Source: a virus. Taken from it: 64,000 bases of DNA. Made by a program: the position numbers and the translations under genes. The notes beneath the pieces were generated by a model. It was not told where the DNA came from. It searched no databases and was given only the letters and a program-made list of their open reading frames with translations. Positions 50,836 through 61,532 of this stretch are shown here, piece after piece. The stretch covers positions 46,396-110,395 of IMG/VR virus record IMGVR_UViG_3300028394_002801. One strand, given 5' to 3'. Each line of letters opens with the position of its first letter. The first letter of the stretch is position 1.

Positions 50836-51823
50836 AAAAGCGTTTATAACAGGAATTGGAGGGCAAGATGGCTCTTACTTAGCTGAATACTTACTTGAAT
50901 TAGGTTATGAAGTATACGGTATAATTAGAAGAAATTCTATTGCTGAAAATCAACAAAGTAGAATTGAAGACATTAGGGATGGTATAAATGTGTTCTATGG
51001 GGATTTGTTAGATCAAGGGTCTTTAGATAGATTACTTAGTGATATTAAACCAGATGAGATATATAATTTAGCAGCACAAAGCCATGTTAGAGTTAGTTAT
51101 GATATTCCACAATTTACTGTACAAACAAATGCACTTGGTGTGCTAAATATTTTAGAATCATATAGAAGAGTATGCCCAGAGGCTAAATTCTATCAAGCAA
51201 GTTCTTCTGAAATGTTTGGTAGTTCAGTTGATAGTGATGGCTTTCAAAGAGAAACAACAATAATGAATCCAGTATCACCTTATGGTTGCTCTAAAGTTTT
51301 TGGTTATAATATTGTAAGGAATTATAGAAATGCCTATAAATTACATGCAACAAATGGTATATTGTTTAACCATGAATCACCAAGAAGAGGTACAAATTTT
51401 GTTACAAATAAAGTAGTAAAAACAGCTGTTGAAATTAAATTAGGTTTGGCTGATAAATTAGTTTTAGGTAATTTAGATTCTTATAGAGATTGGGGACATT
51501 CAAAAGATTATGTTAGAGCTATGCATAAGATAATTAACCATACAAAGCCAGATGATTTTGTTGTATCCACTATGGTTACACATTCTGTTAGAGAAATGGT
51601 TGAGTATGTTTTTGATAAGTTGGATTTAGATTTAAATAAGTATGTTAGCCAAGATAAAAAATTTTTAAGGTCTGAAGAATTAGAATACTTAAAAGGGGAT
51701 TCAACTAAAATAAGGGAAACATTAGGTTGGACGCCAACATATACCTTTGAAACAATGTTAGATGAAATGATTGAATATTGGCTACATAAATTTAACAATG
51801 AAAACTTAACGGTTAAAGTCTAA
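50828..51823 (+). CDS. gmd: GDP-mannose 4,6-dehydratase
   Basis: ITGIGGQDGSYLAE, YNLAAQSHV, YQASSSEMFG, ILFNHESPRRG, RDWGH. Confidence 0.96.
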   Translation: MNKKAFITGIGGQDGSYLAEYLLELGYEVYGIIRRNSIAENQQSRIEDIRDGINVFYGDLLDQGSLDRLLSDIKPDEIYNLAAQSHVRVSYDIPQFTVQTNALGVLNILESYRRVCPEAKFYQASSSEMFGSSVDSDGFQRETTIMNPVSPYGCSKVFGYNIVRNYRNAYKLHATNGILFNHESPRRGTNFVTNKVVKTAVEIKLGLADKLVLGNLDSYRDWGHSKDYVRAMHKIINHTKPDDFVVSTMVTHSVREMVEYVFDKLDLDLNKYVSQDKKFLRSEELEYLKGDSTKIRETLGWTPTYTFETMLDEMIEYWLHKFNNENLTVKV

Positions 51824-51827
51824 TATA

Positions 51828-53180
51828 GTGATAAAATTAATTATATTTGATTTAGATGGGGTTTTAGTTGATGCAAAAAACATTCATTATTTAACTTTAA
51901 ATGAAGCATTAGGGAGTAAGTATGAAATATCCTGGGAGGAACATTTAAATAAATATGATGGCTTAAAAACAAATGAAAAATTAAAACTACTAACAACTAG
52001 TAAGGGTTTGCCCCCATCATCATACAATGAAATATGGTTAAAAAAACAAGAATTAACTATCAATGAATTAAAGAAAATAACACCAAATGATGTTTTAAAG
52101 AACACAATTAAAGAATTATCCCACCAGAAATATAAAATAGCGGTATGCTCAAATAGTATTAGGAAAACCATTCTAACTGTATTATCTAAATTAGACATTA
52201 TTGAATATTTTGATTATATTGTATCTAATGAGGATGTGAATAATTCAAAACCACACCCTGAAATGTATTGGAAGACAATTTCATATTTTGGGGTTTTGCC
52301 AGAAGAAACATTAATTATTGAAGATTCGCCTTTTGGTTTATTAGCGGCTAATAGGTCAAAATCAAATGTTATGAGAGTTGAAACTCCTAATAGTGTAACG
52401 ATTGATAACATAAATAAACACATTAATAATTTAATAATGGAAGAAACTCCAAGATGGAAAAATGAAAAACTAAATGTGTTAATCCCAATGGCTGGTGCGG
52501 GGAGTCGGTTTGAAAAAGCAGGATACACGTTTCCCAAACCGCTTATTGATGTTAATGGGAAACCTATGATTCAAGTTGTGGTTGATAACTTAAATTTGGA
52601 TGCCAACTTTATCTATGTTGTGCAAAAATCTCATAGACAAAAATACAATTTAGATACATTATTAAATTTAATAACACCAAATTGCACTATAATTGAAGTT
52701 GATGGACTTACTGAGGGGGCTGCTTGTACTGCTTTAATGGCTAAAGATTTGATAAATAATGATAACCCATTGTTTTTTGCAAATTCTGACCAATATGTTG
52801 AATGGAACTCAAATGAGTTTATGTATAAAATGCAAGAAACAAATTTTGATGGGGGCATTGTAACATTTAAATCAACTCACCCTAAATGGTCTTTTGTTAA
52901 ATTGGATGAAAATAATTTTGCATCAATGGTTGCTGAAAAAAATCCAATATCTGATTTGGCAACAGTTGGTTATTATTTTTGGAAAAATGGTTCAGATTTT
53001 GTCAAATATGCTGAACAAATGATAAATAATAACATAAGAGTGAATAATGAATTTTATGTTTGCCCTGTTTTTAATGAAGCCATAAATGATGGTAAGAAAA
53101 TAATAACATTTAATGCATCCAAAATGTGGGGCATAGGAACACCGGAAGATTTGGATTTATTTTTGAGAAAAAAGTCTTAA
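51828..53180 (+). CDS. HAD phosphatase fused to a sugar nucleotidyltransferase-like domain
   Basis: FDLDGVL...SKPHPE...IEDS (HAD); IPMAGAGSRF...PKPLI...EKNPIS...NNEFYV...GTPEDL. Confidence 0.85.
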   Translation: MIKLIIFDLDGVLVDAKNIHYLTLNEALGSKYEISWEEHLNKYDGLKTNEKLKLLTTSKGLPPSSYNEIWLKKQELTINELKKITPNDVLKNTIKELSHQKYKIAVCSNSIRKTILTVLSKLDIIEYFDYIVSNEDVNNSKPHPEMYWKTISYFGVLPEETLIIEDSPFGLLAANRSKSNVMRVETPNSVTIDNINKHINNLIMEETPRWKNEKLNVLIPMAGAGSRFEKAGYTFPKPLIDVNGKPMIQVVVDNLNLDANFIYVVQKSHRQKYNLDTLLNLITPNCTIIEVDGLTEGAACTALMAKDLINNDNPLFFANSDQYVEWNSNEFMYKMQETNFDGGIVTFKSTHPKWSFVKLDENNFASMVAEKNPISDLATVGYYFWKNGSDFVKYAEQMINNNIRVNNEFYVCPVFNEAINDGKKIITFNASKMWGIGTPEDLDLFLRKKS

Positions 53181-53249
53181 TATTAATTTAATACCCAAAA
53201 ATAACACATAAAATGTTTAGATGTGTTATTTATGTAATAAAACAACTTA

Positions 53250-53981
53250 ATGACAAGAAGAAGATTTGTGAAAAAAGAAGATGAGGTTGAGTTAGCTCCC
53301 CAATCTAGGAAAAGTCAAATTTGCAGTTTGCTTAAAAAGAAAACAAAAGAAAAATTCCTAAATGACAACCAAGCAATTTATTACGATAAATTGTTAAACC
53401 ACCAAATTACAATATGTGTTGGTCCAGCAGGAACTGGTAAGAGTTATATGTCAATGAAGGCAGCAGTGGATTTACTTGCAGACCCCAACAATACATATGA
53501 CAAATTGGTAATTGTTAAACCAGCGGTTGAAGCAGAAGAGAAATTAGGAGCTTTACCTGGAACAGTTAATGAGAAAATGGATCCATATATTTATCCATCT
53601 TTTTATCTTTTAAACAAAATAATTGGAAAAAATATCCGTGAGAAATTAATGGATATGGAGGTTATTGAGGTTATGGCTCTTGCTTATATGAGGGGGTTAA
53701 ATATTGATAATACCATCTTGGTTTTGGAGGAGGCGCAGAATACAACGCCAAATCAAATGAAATTAGTATTGACAAGGATTGGATTTAACACTAAATTTTT
53801 TATATCTGGTGATTTGGAACAAACTGACAGATATAAAGACAAAAGGGGAACTGGACTATATGATGCTATGTCAAGGTTGCAAGATGTTGATGATATTGCA
53901 CACCATGAATTTGGCACTCAAGATATTGTGAGAAATCCCCTTATATCAAAAATATTAAAAAAATATGAGGATTGGAATTGA
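53250..53981 (+). CDS. phoH: PhoH-family ATPase
   Basis: GPAGTGKS, LAYMRG, EEAQN, LTRIG, GDLEQ, IVRNPL. Confidence 0.93.
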   Translation: MTRRRFVKKEDEVELAPQSRKSQICSLLKKKTKEKFLNDNQAIYYDKLLNHQITICVGPAGTGKSYMSMKAAVDLLADPNNTYDKLVIVKPAVEAEEKLGALPGTVNEKMDPYIYPSFYLLNKIIGKNIREKLMDMEVIEVMALAYMRGLNIDNTILVLEEAQNTTPNQMKLVLTRIGFNTKFFISGDLEQTDRYKDKRGTGLYDAMSRLQDVDDIAHHEFGTQDIVRNPLISKILKKYEDWN

Positions 53982-54552
53982 TTTAAATGGAGTTTTAAGG
54001 GATACTCTTGGTAAAATAGAACAAGTTTATGATAAATTTTATGTTTCAAATGAAGGTGAAGAATCTGATTTTAAATATGAGATAACATATCCAATTAATT
54101 CCTTAAATCTTATGAATCATTTCAAATTTGTGTCAGGTGATGATTTGTATAATTTCTTATATGTTGAACATCCTATGGAGATATTTGGTCATGCGGGATC
54201 TGTTGAATATACAGGTATGAATGATTTGAATGATTTATATATGGATATGAGAGACAAGCATGAGATTATAATTGTTTCAGATGAAATTGGCAAATCAAAA
54301 CCTGCCACATTATTTTTCTTATCAAAATTTTCTTGTTTGGTTGAAAACATTATGTTTTATAGCGAACAAACAAAAAATAATATGATTGGGACAATAGATG
54401 TTTTACTTACAGCTAATCCTGACTTATTATTAAAGGAATTTGATGGTTTAAAGGTTATCAAATATGAACAAGAATACAATAAAGACAGTAAAGCTAAACA
54501 TAGCATAAACAAACTGAAAGAGTTAAAAGATAAAATTTTAGAAATATGTTAA
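53965..54552 (+). CDS. HAD-superfamily 5'(3')-nucleotidase-like protein
   Basis: MRIGIDLNGVLRD (DxN variant of DxD). Confidence 0.6.
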   Translation: MRIGIDLNGVLRDTLGKIEQVYDKFYVSNEGEESDFKYEITYPINSLNLMNHFKFVSGDDLYNFLYVEHPMEIFGHAGSVEYTGMNDLNDLYMDMRDKHEIIIVSDEIGKSKPATLFFLSKFSCLVENIMFYSEQTKNNMIGTIDVLLTANPDLLLKEFDGLKVIKYEQEYNKDSKAKHSINKLKELKDKILEIC

Positions 54553-54824
54553 AAATTTTAGGAGAACATTATTATGTTGATTTAGATGTTGTTGAAAAGT
54601 ATGTTGATATGACAGAAGTTGCACCAATAGAAACAACAGGGGCAACAGACACAAAAATAAATATCATCAAATATGAACTTGTAAAACTAATGTTAGATGT
54701 TATTCTAACAGAAAATGATGATGTTGATGAAAAACTTGGATTAAGTTCAGGCAACAACTTGAGCCTACCATTTAAATTGGCTTTTAATACATTATTAAAC
54801 AAAAAGATAATAAACAAATATTAA
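54546..54824 (+). CDS. Hypothetical protein
   Basis: ORF in an operon. Confidence 0.6.
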   Translation: MLKILGEHYYVDLDVVEKYVDMTEVAPIETTGATDTKINIIKYELVKLMLDVILTENDDVDEKLGLSSGNNLSLPFKLAFNTLLNKKIINKY

Positions 54825-54825
54825 C

Positions 54826-55872
54826 ATGAATGATATTAAAACAAAAATTGAAGATTCTTTAAACCAGTTAAAAGACAAGAAATCAAGAATTTATTTTGTT
54901 GCCCAAGACACAAAAGGAAATGCTAGGGCATCCATAAAATACATATATGATGTTGCTATGGCTTTGAAAGATAGTGGATTTAATCCCATTATTTTACATG
55001 AAAAGAAGGATTATACCGGAGTTGCTTCTTGGCTTGATGAAAGTTATATGGCAAATCTTCCCCACCGTTCAATAGAGGGGGAAAACTTGGAAATTAGCCC
55101 AGAGGATTTTATTGTGCTTCCTGAAATCTATGGCTTTATTATGGAACAAATTAAGGATTTGCCTTGTGGAAAAATTGTATTAACCCAATCTTATTCATAT
55201 GTATTGGATACCTTACAACCCGGTCAAAGTTGGCCTTCCCTTGGTTTCTTAAAATGCATCACAACATCTGAAAAACAAAAAGAACGGGTTGAATCTTATA
55301 TGAAGAAAATGTCATATGATGTCATTACGCCTTATATATCAGAAATTTTTGATAAACCAAAATTACCCCCAATGCCAATTGTGGCAGTTCATACAAGAGA
55401 CCAGACAGATACAATTAATATTGTTAAGGAATTCTATTTAAAATATCCCCAATTCAGGTGGTTCACATTTAGGGATATGAGGGGACTTACCCAATTGGAG
55501 TTTGCCAACTCATTAAAGAATTGTTTTTTAAGTGTTTGGATTGATGATATTAGTGGTTTTGGAACATATCCATTAGAATCAATGTCTTGTGGAATTCCAG
55601 TTATTGGAAAAATCCCAGATTTAATCCCTGAGTGGATGAATGAGAATAATGGGATATGGGTACAAGACAAGTTAAAGATTGTTGATTATATTGCTGAATT
55701 TATACAAAATTGGCTTGAGGATAGTATAGTGCCTGAATTATATGAAGAAGTTGAAAAAACAGGAAATCAATACAAGGACAAGGAAAAATTCACAACAACT
55801 GTTATCAATTGTTTTACAGGTTATTTTGATAATAGAATAAATGCATTTCAAGAACAATTAAACAAAATATAA
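54826..55872 (+). CDS. GT-B-like glycosyltransferase
   Basis: DFIVLPE...GFGTYPLESMSCGIPVIG. Confidence 0.72.
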   Translation: MNDIKTKIEDSLNQLKDKKSRIYFVAQDTKGNARASIKYIYDVAMALKDSGFNPIILHEKKDYTGVASWLDESYMANLPHRSIEGENLEISPEDFIVLPEIYGFIMEQIKDLPCGKIVLTQSYSYVLDTLQPGQSWPSLGFLKCITTSEKQKERVESYMKKMSYDVITPYISEIFDKPKLPPMPIVAVHTRDQTDTINIVKEFYLKYPQFRWFTFRDMRGLTQLEFANSLKNCFLSVWIDDISGFGTYPLESMSCGIPVIGKIPDLIPEWMNENNGIWVQDKLKIVDYIAEFIQNWLEDSIVPELYEEVEKTGNQYKDKEKFTTTVINCFTGYFDNRINAFQEQLNKI

Positions 55873-55873
55873 A

Positions 55874-56680
55874 ATGAGTAAAAAATTATCATTATCTATT
55901 ATATTGCCAATCAAGTCATCAAAAAGTAAGGACTTTGATATATTTTTTGATAAGGCAATTGCATCACTAGAGAAACAAGAAGCTGATTTTGATGAGTTGG
56001 TTATTGTTCATACAAAGGAAGATACGCTTGTTAAATTCTTAAATGACTATGATTTTAAGAATTTAAATGTAAAGAAGTTTGAATGGGATTCTGAACCAAA
56101 TTATTGCTCACAGATTAATTATGGTGTTGATAAAGCATCATCAGAATGGGTTTCATTATTTGAATTTGATGATGAGTATTCCAATATTTGGTTTAAGAAT
56201 TTTAGAAAATATGCTGAAGTATATCCAGATTATGCGGCATTTTTACCAGTTGTAGTTGATGTGGATGCAAAGGAAGTATTTGCTGGTTTTACAAATGAAG
56301 CAACTTTTGCCGCAAATTTCACACAAGAAATGGGTATATTAACAAATGATATCTTACACGAGTATCAAAATTTTCAAACATCTGGAATTATTTTGAAAAA
56401 GGATATATTTATGGAGATAGGAGGATTCAAACCATCTGTTAAATTAACTTTTGGTTATGAGTTCTTACTAAGGCTTACCTATAATTCAACACCAGTAATG
56501 ACAATACCTAGATTGGGGTATAAGCATACAAATCTTAGAGAAGGATCTATATTCTGGAATTATAAATTTGCCAAAGATAAAATTACTGAAGATGAAGTTA
56601 AGTTTTGGCTTCAAACTGCTAAAAAAGAATATTTCTTTACAACAGATAGAGAAATAAAATATGAAACTGAAAAATCTTAA
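55874..56680 (+). CDS. GT-A (GT2-like) glycosyltransferase
   Basis: SIILPI...NYGV...FEFDDEY...GGFK...EFLLR. Confidence 0.72.
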   Translation: MSKKLSLSIILPIKSSKSKDFDIFFDKAIASLEKQEADFDELVIVHTKEDTLVKFLNDYDFKNLNVKKFEWDSEPNYCSQINYGVDKASSEWVSLFEFDDEYSNIWFKNFRKYAEVYPDYAAFLPVVVDVDAKEVFAGFTNEATFAANFTQEMGILTNDILHEYQNFQTSGIILKKDIFMEIGGFKPSVKLTFGYEFLLRLTYNSTPVMTIPRLGYKHTNLREGSIFWNYKFAKDKITEDEVKFWLQTAKKEYFFTTDREIKYETEKS

Positions 56681-57414
56681 TGACAAATCAAATTGTTGAC
56701 GTAATTGATGATGCTAAGAAAACAAAGAAAAAATCAAAAGAAAATTATTTTGATGTAAGAGAAGAAACTGCTGTTATTGATTTTTTAACAGCAAATTCTT
56801 TTTACGAGAAAAATAAGATATATAATGAATTTCTTAGAAACCCCCTAGACAAGATGATATCGTCAATAATTAGGCGATATAGATTATATAGAAAAGATAT
56901 GGATTTCAATGAACTTCATACAGATGTCCATTCTTTTCTTATGACCAAGGTGGATAAATTCAAGCCATCTAAAAACAAAAAGGCATATTCTTACTTTGGC
57001 ACAATTTGTAAGAATTACTTAATGGGACAGATATTAAAAGACCAAAAAGAAACAAATAGAAAAGTTTCCTATGAGGATATATCTTCAACCATAGAACAAC
57101 GCCCAGATATGCTATATCATATTGATGAAGATGTTTTGGATTTGGATTCAGTCATAATAGAATATACAATAAAACTTAAAGATTTTGTTGAAACCCAATC
57201 ATTAAATGATAATGAAAAAAAATTAGGATTGGCTTTAATAGATGTGTTTGAGAAATATGAAACAATATTCACATCAACAGATAATTCAAAGTTTAATAAA
57301 AATTTGATATTGTTGTCATTACGTGAAATGACAAACTTAACAACAAAAGAGATTAGAGTTTCATTAAAGAAATTCAAATCTCTTTATATTTTTATTATAA
57401 ATAAAATTACATAA
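56680..57414 (+). CDS. Phage late-transcription sigma factor (T4 gp55-like)
   Basis: ENYFD...DKFKPSKNKKAYSYFGTICKNYL region-2-like motif. Confidence 0.65.
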   Translation: MTNQIVDVIDDAKKTKKKSKENYFDVREETAVIDFLTANSFYEKNKIYNEFLRNPLDKMISSIIRRYRLYRKDMDFNELHTDVHSFLMTKVDKFKPSKNKKAYSYFGTICKNYLMGQILKDQKETNRKVSYEDISSTIEQRPDMLYHIDEDVLDLDSVIIEYTIKLKDFVETQSLNDNEKKLGLALIDVFEKYETIFTSTDNSKFNKNLILLSLREMTNLTTKEIRVSLKKFKSLYIFIINKIT

Positions 57415-57416
57415 TT

Positions 57417-57785
57417 ATGGCTAGACCGCTTAAAAAAGAAATTTCCTTTAATAAGGAATCAATTTTAAACTTGATGCAAGAAATCTATAACGAACTTGTT
57501 GAACAAAGAACCACAGCAATTCGTATACAAAATAAGATGTTGACGATGCTGAAAGAACCTGAAGATATGACTATGATTGGACCTGTTATTGAAAAACAGC
57601 AAAAAATCATTAATGATTGTGTTGAGAAGAAGTTAAGTTTATCTAAACTACAATCAAGTATCTGGGAGAAAATGAGCAAAGATGAAACATCATATTCATT
57701 TGCTGATTTGGATGAAAATGTTTTGCAGAATTTATTGGACAAAGATATAAATAATGAAATGACAAATAATTATACAGTAAAGTAA
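57417..57785 (+). CDS. Hypothetical coiled-coil protein
   Basis: ORF in an operon. Confidence 0.6.
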   Translation: MARPLKKEISFNKESILNLMQEIYNELVEQRTTAIRIQNKMLTMLKEPEDMTMIGPVIEKQQKIINDCVEKKLSLSKLQSSIWEKMSKDETSYSFADLDENVLQNLLDKDINNEMTNNYTVK

Positions 57786-57789
57786 TTAT

Positions 57790-59832
57790 ATGCCAAATTT
57801 ACTGAATGAATATAAGAATATTAGTAAGCAAATTGATGCTTACACAACTTATTTAAATAGTGTTCAAGCGTCTGATACAGCAAGGGCTCAAGCCCAAATA
57901 TTCTTTGATAAGAAGGTATCTGATGTTAAAAATGCAATTAATGTTTCTGATTCAGTAAAAAATTTAAAAAAAAACAGAACCCCCTCCTTATTTGACCAGT
58001 TAATTGGGTTCATTAAAAAATTGGATGGTGAGGGTGCTGATACCAATAATAAGTTATTAAAGACTTTTTCAGATATTGTTGTTAAGAACTTGCCTGAAAT
58101 TAAGAAAATCCTTTCAGAGGAAGCCATCAAATTATTGGGTTGTAGAGATGAGCAGACATTTCCAGCACTAAAATTGGTTGATTTTGAGTCTGCCAATTTT
58201 ATTGTGCCTATTGAGAGCCAAATATATATTCCATTAAAGAATTTGGATTTATGGAAAAATCTAAAGAAGGATCCTGATTCAACTTCTGGTATTTTCTTTT
58301 ATGAAAATTTGGGGGGTGTTGACATATTGGATGGTATCAATAATAATAAATATAAAAATTTTGGTGGGAGTTTAAGATTTCCTTTTAACCGAGAATTATA
58401 TGATAGGGTTATAAATCCTAATCAAAGTTTTTATGAAAAATATGATGAAACTTATCAAGGGGGGTCAAAAGCCCCTTTGTTTGATTTCAAGTATGTTACA
58501 GAGAATAATTTGGGGGAAACAGGTGATTTTATTGCTGTTACTTTATTGAGTAAAGATGATGAGTTTAATCTTTATAGCAAATTTATTTTTGATTATTATG
58601 ATAGCATTAACATTTTTGATTTCAACAATTTAATAAAAAACATCTTTAATTATTTGCTTGATGGGGCTGACATAACACAGAGTAGTTCACCAAAGGAGAT
58701 AGGGGATAAGACAAAGTTTATGTTATTGATTGAAAGGCTTTGTGGTAAGTGCTTTGATAATAGTGATGAGATTGATGTTAGTGGTACAGCAAAGATTGCT
58801 GAATTGGATGATGATAGTGATGATTTCTTTACATTTTCAGAAATTGATTTGAGACTGATTGAAGAGAATGTAAATAACTATAAGAACAAGATTGTTAGTT
58901 ATGATAGTTGTGGAGTTGTTAACCAGCCAATTGATTATGATGGAATTGTTGATTATGCCAAGGAGGTTGTTGGGGGATTTGATGCATTAAGCCCCACAGC
59001 CCAGAGTGATGCGTTAACCAACGCTATTTTAAACATATTAAAAAACAATAATTTAACAAACAATAATGCAACATTATTTTCATTTGTTAAATCAATTATT
59101 GAATCTATTTTGACACCAAAAGTTTTATTCCCCATTATGGCTTTGGGTCAAGTTATTGAAAAAACAGCAAGTGCTCAATATGAATTGGTTAGGGGACGTG
59201 CTGATGAGTTCATAACACAGAATAAGAAAGCAATTAAAAATTTTACAGATGAAGGAATTGATTCGGCTGAATTTTTTGCAAAAAAATATAAGGCATATCT
59301 GCAAAATGTAACAAGAAGAGTTTTGGAGTTATTTCTGAAAGAATTGTTTAACGCACTTAAAGGTAAATTAAAAAAACTGGTATCAAGGGTTGTTGGGGGT
59401 GTTTTCAAGAATTATTCAAAAAAACAAGTCCAAGTTATATTGGCATTAAGCACCGGTTTACTGGGTATCATAGCAACAATAACAAATTTTAGAAAATGTA
59501 AAAGTGTTATTGAAAGTATTGGCAAAATTTTAAATTCCATAAACATATTAACCAAAGCCGCAATAATTCCAATACCCCCACCATTATTGATTGGGGCGCA
59601 GTTTTTGCCAGGGTTCTCAAATGAAAGGGCAAAGATTAATGTGATTGGGGAAATGCAAAGTTTGGGATTACCAACAGAAGATTTATTGGATGGTACGCCA
59701 AATAGGGTTCTATTATTTGCTGAAGCTGTCATAAATGGCACAGATAATGAGGAAATAACAAATGGCGCTGTTGATGGGTTTATTGATCCCCTATTAACAG
59801 GAAGGGTATTTGCCAAAAAAAGACATGGATAA
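57790..59832 (+). CDS. Large hypothetical protein, possibly baseplate-associated
   Basis: 680-aa ORF upstream of the gp5-like gene. Confidence 0.55.
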   Translation: MPNLLNEYKNISKQIDAYTTYLNSVQASDTARAQAQIFFDKKVSDVKNAINVSDSVKNLKKNRTPSLFDQLIGFIKKLDGEGADTNNKLLKTFSDIVVKNLPEIKKILSEEAIKLLGCRDEQTFPALKLVDFESANFIVPIESQIYIPLKNLDLWKNLKKDPDSTSGIFFYENLGGVDILDGINNNKYKNFGGSLRFPFNRELYDRVINPNQSFYEKYDETYQGGSKAPLFDFKYVTENNLGETGDFIAVTLLSKDDEFNLYSKFIFDYYDSINIFDFNNLIKNIFNYLLDGADITQSSSPKEIGDKTKFMLLIERLCGKCFDNSDEIDVSGTAKIAELDDDSDDFFTFSEIDLRLIEENVNNYKNKIVSYDSCGVVNQPIDYDGIVDYAKEVVGGFDALSPTAQSDALTNAILNILKNNNLTNNNATLFSFVKSIIESILTPKVLFPIMALGQVIEKTASAQYELVRGRADEFITQNKKAIKNFTDEGIDSAEFFAKKYKAYLQNVTRRVLELFLKELFNALKGKLKKLVSRVVGGVFKNYSKKQVQVILALSTGLLGIIATITNFRKCKSVIESIGKILNSINILTKAAIIPIPPPLLIGAQFLPGFSNERAKINVIGEMQSLGLPTEDLLDGTPNRVLLFAEAVINGTDNEEITNGAVDGFIDPLLTGRVFAKKRHG

Positions 59833-59833
59833 T

Positions 59834-60037
59834 ATGGAAAAGATTGAGAATATAATTGAGTTTTCAAAGGATTTGAAAAACAAAAGCAATGCAGAAATTA
59901 TACAAACTCTTGACACTTTAAATGAGGAGTTTAATTTTACAAAGAATGTTGTGATTAACTTGACCCATAATTTGGATAAGATTGAGGAGTTATATACAAT
60001 AATCCTAAAAGAGTATAATACAAGGCAAAATGGATAA
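59834..60037 (+). CDS. Hypothetical protein
   Basis: Short ORF coupled to its neighbours; the ORF track starts it at 59810. Confidence 0.55.
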   Translation: MEKIENIIEFSKDLKNKSNAEIIQTLDTLNEEFNFTKNVVINLTHNLDKIEELYTIILKEYNTRQNG

Positions 60038-61532
60038 TAAAATATTATTTCCTGCAATTATTACAAGCATTGAAGACCCCCTTATGATTGGACGTGTAAG
60101 GGCTGAGATTGAATCTGACAGGAATGATGATATTTTGAAATCAATAACTGACCCCCCATTTAATATTAAGAAAGATATCTGGGGAGATAGGGATCCATTT
60201 ATATTTAAGCCATTACTACCCTATTATTATAACACACCTTTGGCAGTTGGAGAAATGGTGTTGGTTATCTTTGCAAATAAAGATTTTAAATTTGATAATC
60301 AATATTTCATTCAATCTGATTTCACATCCCCAATGCGTGCCAATTTCAATAGTAATGTTGAGGCAAGAATAACCACAGGTTCTGGTAGGAGATTTAAATC
60401 AAATTTGAGTTTAAAAAACTTGGATGGAACATATAGAAAGAACAAAACAAAAGGGATATTTGTTGAACCACAAGATAATGGGATTATTGGTAGGGGTTCA
60501 TCAGATGTTATTGTCAAGGATAATGATGTATTGATAAGGTCTGGGAAATATAAGGGGCAACTTGACCCAAGAGAATTTCCAAATCCAAATATAAATAGGT
60601 CATTTGTTCAAGTATCACAATTCAACACACGTAAGATTGCTTTACCCCCAGTTGAATTGGAGTTTGATAGAGAGAAGTTTTTAGCCACAAAGTTTTTGAT
60701 TGAATGGGTAATTCAAAATCCTGATTCAACATCAACATTTAATGGTGTTGTTAATCTATATACATTAAAACAAAACGAACGTGTTGCAATCAACAAACTT
60801 GATATTAATAGTTCAGTTGATGATTTAAAAGTGATTAGAGCAAGATCGTCATTTAATGGATTAAGCAAGGATAACACCATTGCATTCATAAATAATTTTA
60901 TTTTAAATTGTGATAATCTTCTTAAATTGGATGATGGCACACAACTATTCTTACCAAATGAGGTGAAATACCCAATATTTTTTAGACCAGGATTTGCCAC
61001 AGTTGTTAGATTAAATGGTTCTTTTGGCAAGGTAATTCCACAAAATCTGGTGGATATATACAATAATATTAAATTTGATAAATTTGCCAAAACAAGTGGT
61101 TATGGTTTTATTTATTCAAAAGGTAGCACAAAGATACCCACATTAACAGAAACAACTGAAATAATCCAAACACAAATTGTTAATGAAGATAATTCAGCAA
61201 CATTGATTGGGGCTGATGAGATATATCTATTATCCCACAAATCAGATGTTGTGCCAAATAAGAATAAGATTGATTTGACTGGTTCATTATATGGCATTGA
61301 ACAAGATAAAATAATTGATAATATCTTGCCAAATACATCATCATTGGTTAGGGGGGAGGAACTTTTGGAACTAATAAATTTGATTGTTAGATTTCTAATA
61401 ACCCATGCCCACCCATTCCCAGGATTGCCCCCGGTTTCAGTTACAGAAGATGGTTCAACAATAAATAACTTGTTAAGTGAATTATCCTTGGCCACAAAGA
61501 AGATATTAAACAAAAAAATTAGAATGAATTGA
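60030..61532 (+). CDS. Baseplate central spike (gp5/VgrG-like)
   Basis: EDPLMIGRVRA OB-fold start; GRGSSDV; LVRGEEL...THAHP apex HxH motif. Confidence 0.68.
   Translation: MDNKILFPAIITSIEDPLMIGRVRAEIESDRNDDILKSITDPPFNIKKDIWGDRDPFIFKPLLPYYYNTPLAVGEMVLVIFANKDFKFDNQYFIQSDFTSPMRANFNSNVEARITTGSGRRFKSNLSLKNLDGTYRKNKTKGIFVEPQDNGIIGRGSSDVIVKDNDVLIRSGKYKGQLDPREFPNPNINRSFVQVSQFNTRKIALPPVELEFDREKFLATKFLIEWVIQNPDSTSTFNGVVNLYTLKQNERVAINKLDINSSVDDLKVIRARSSFNGLSKDNTIAFINNFILNCDNLLKLDDGTQLFLPNEVKYPIFFRPGFATVVRLNGSFGKVIPQNLVDIYNNIKFDKFAKTSGYGFIYSKGSTKIPTLTETTEIIQTQIVNEDNSATLIGADEIYLLSHKSDVVPNKNKIDLTGSLYGIEQDKIIDNILPNTSSLVRGEELLELINLIVRFLITHAHPFPGLPPVSVTEDGSTINNLLSELSLATKKILNKKIRMN

Noticed and set aside
51828-53180. 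HAD-nucleotidyltransferase as part of a DNA arabinosylation-type pathway
   Set aside because: The partner thymidylate-synthase-like and isomerase genes are not in the window; the context fits surface glycan synthesis better.
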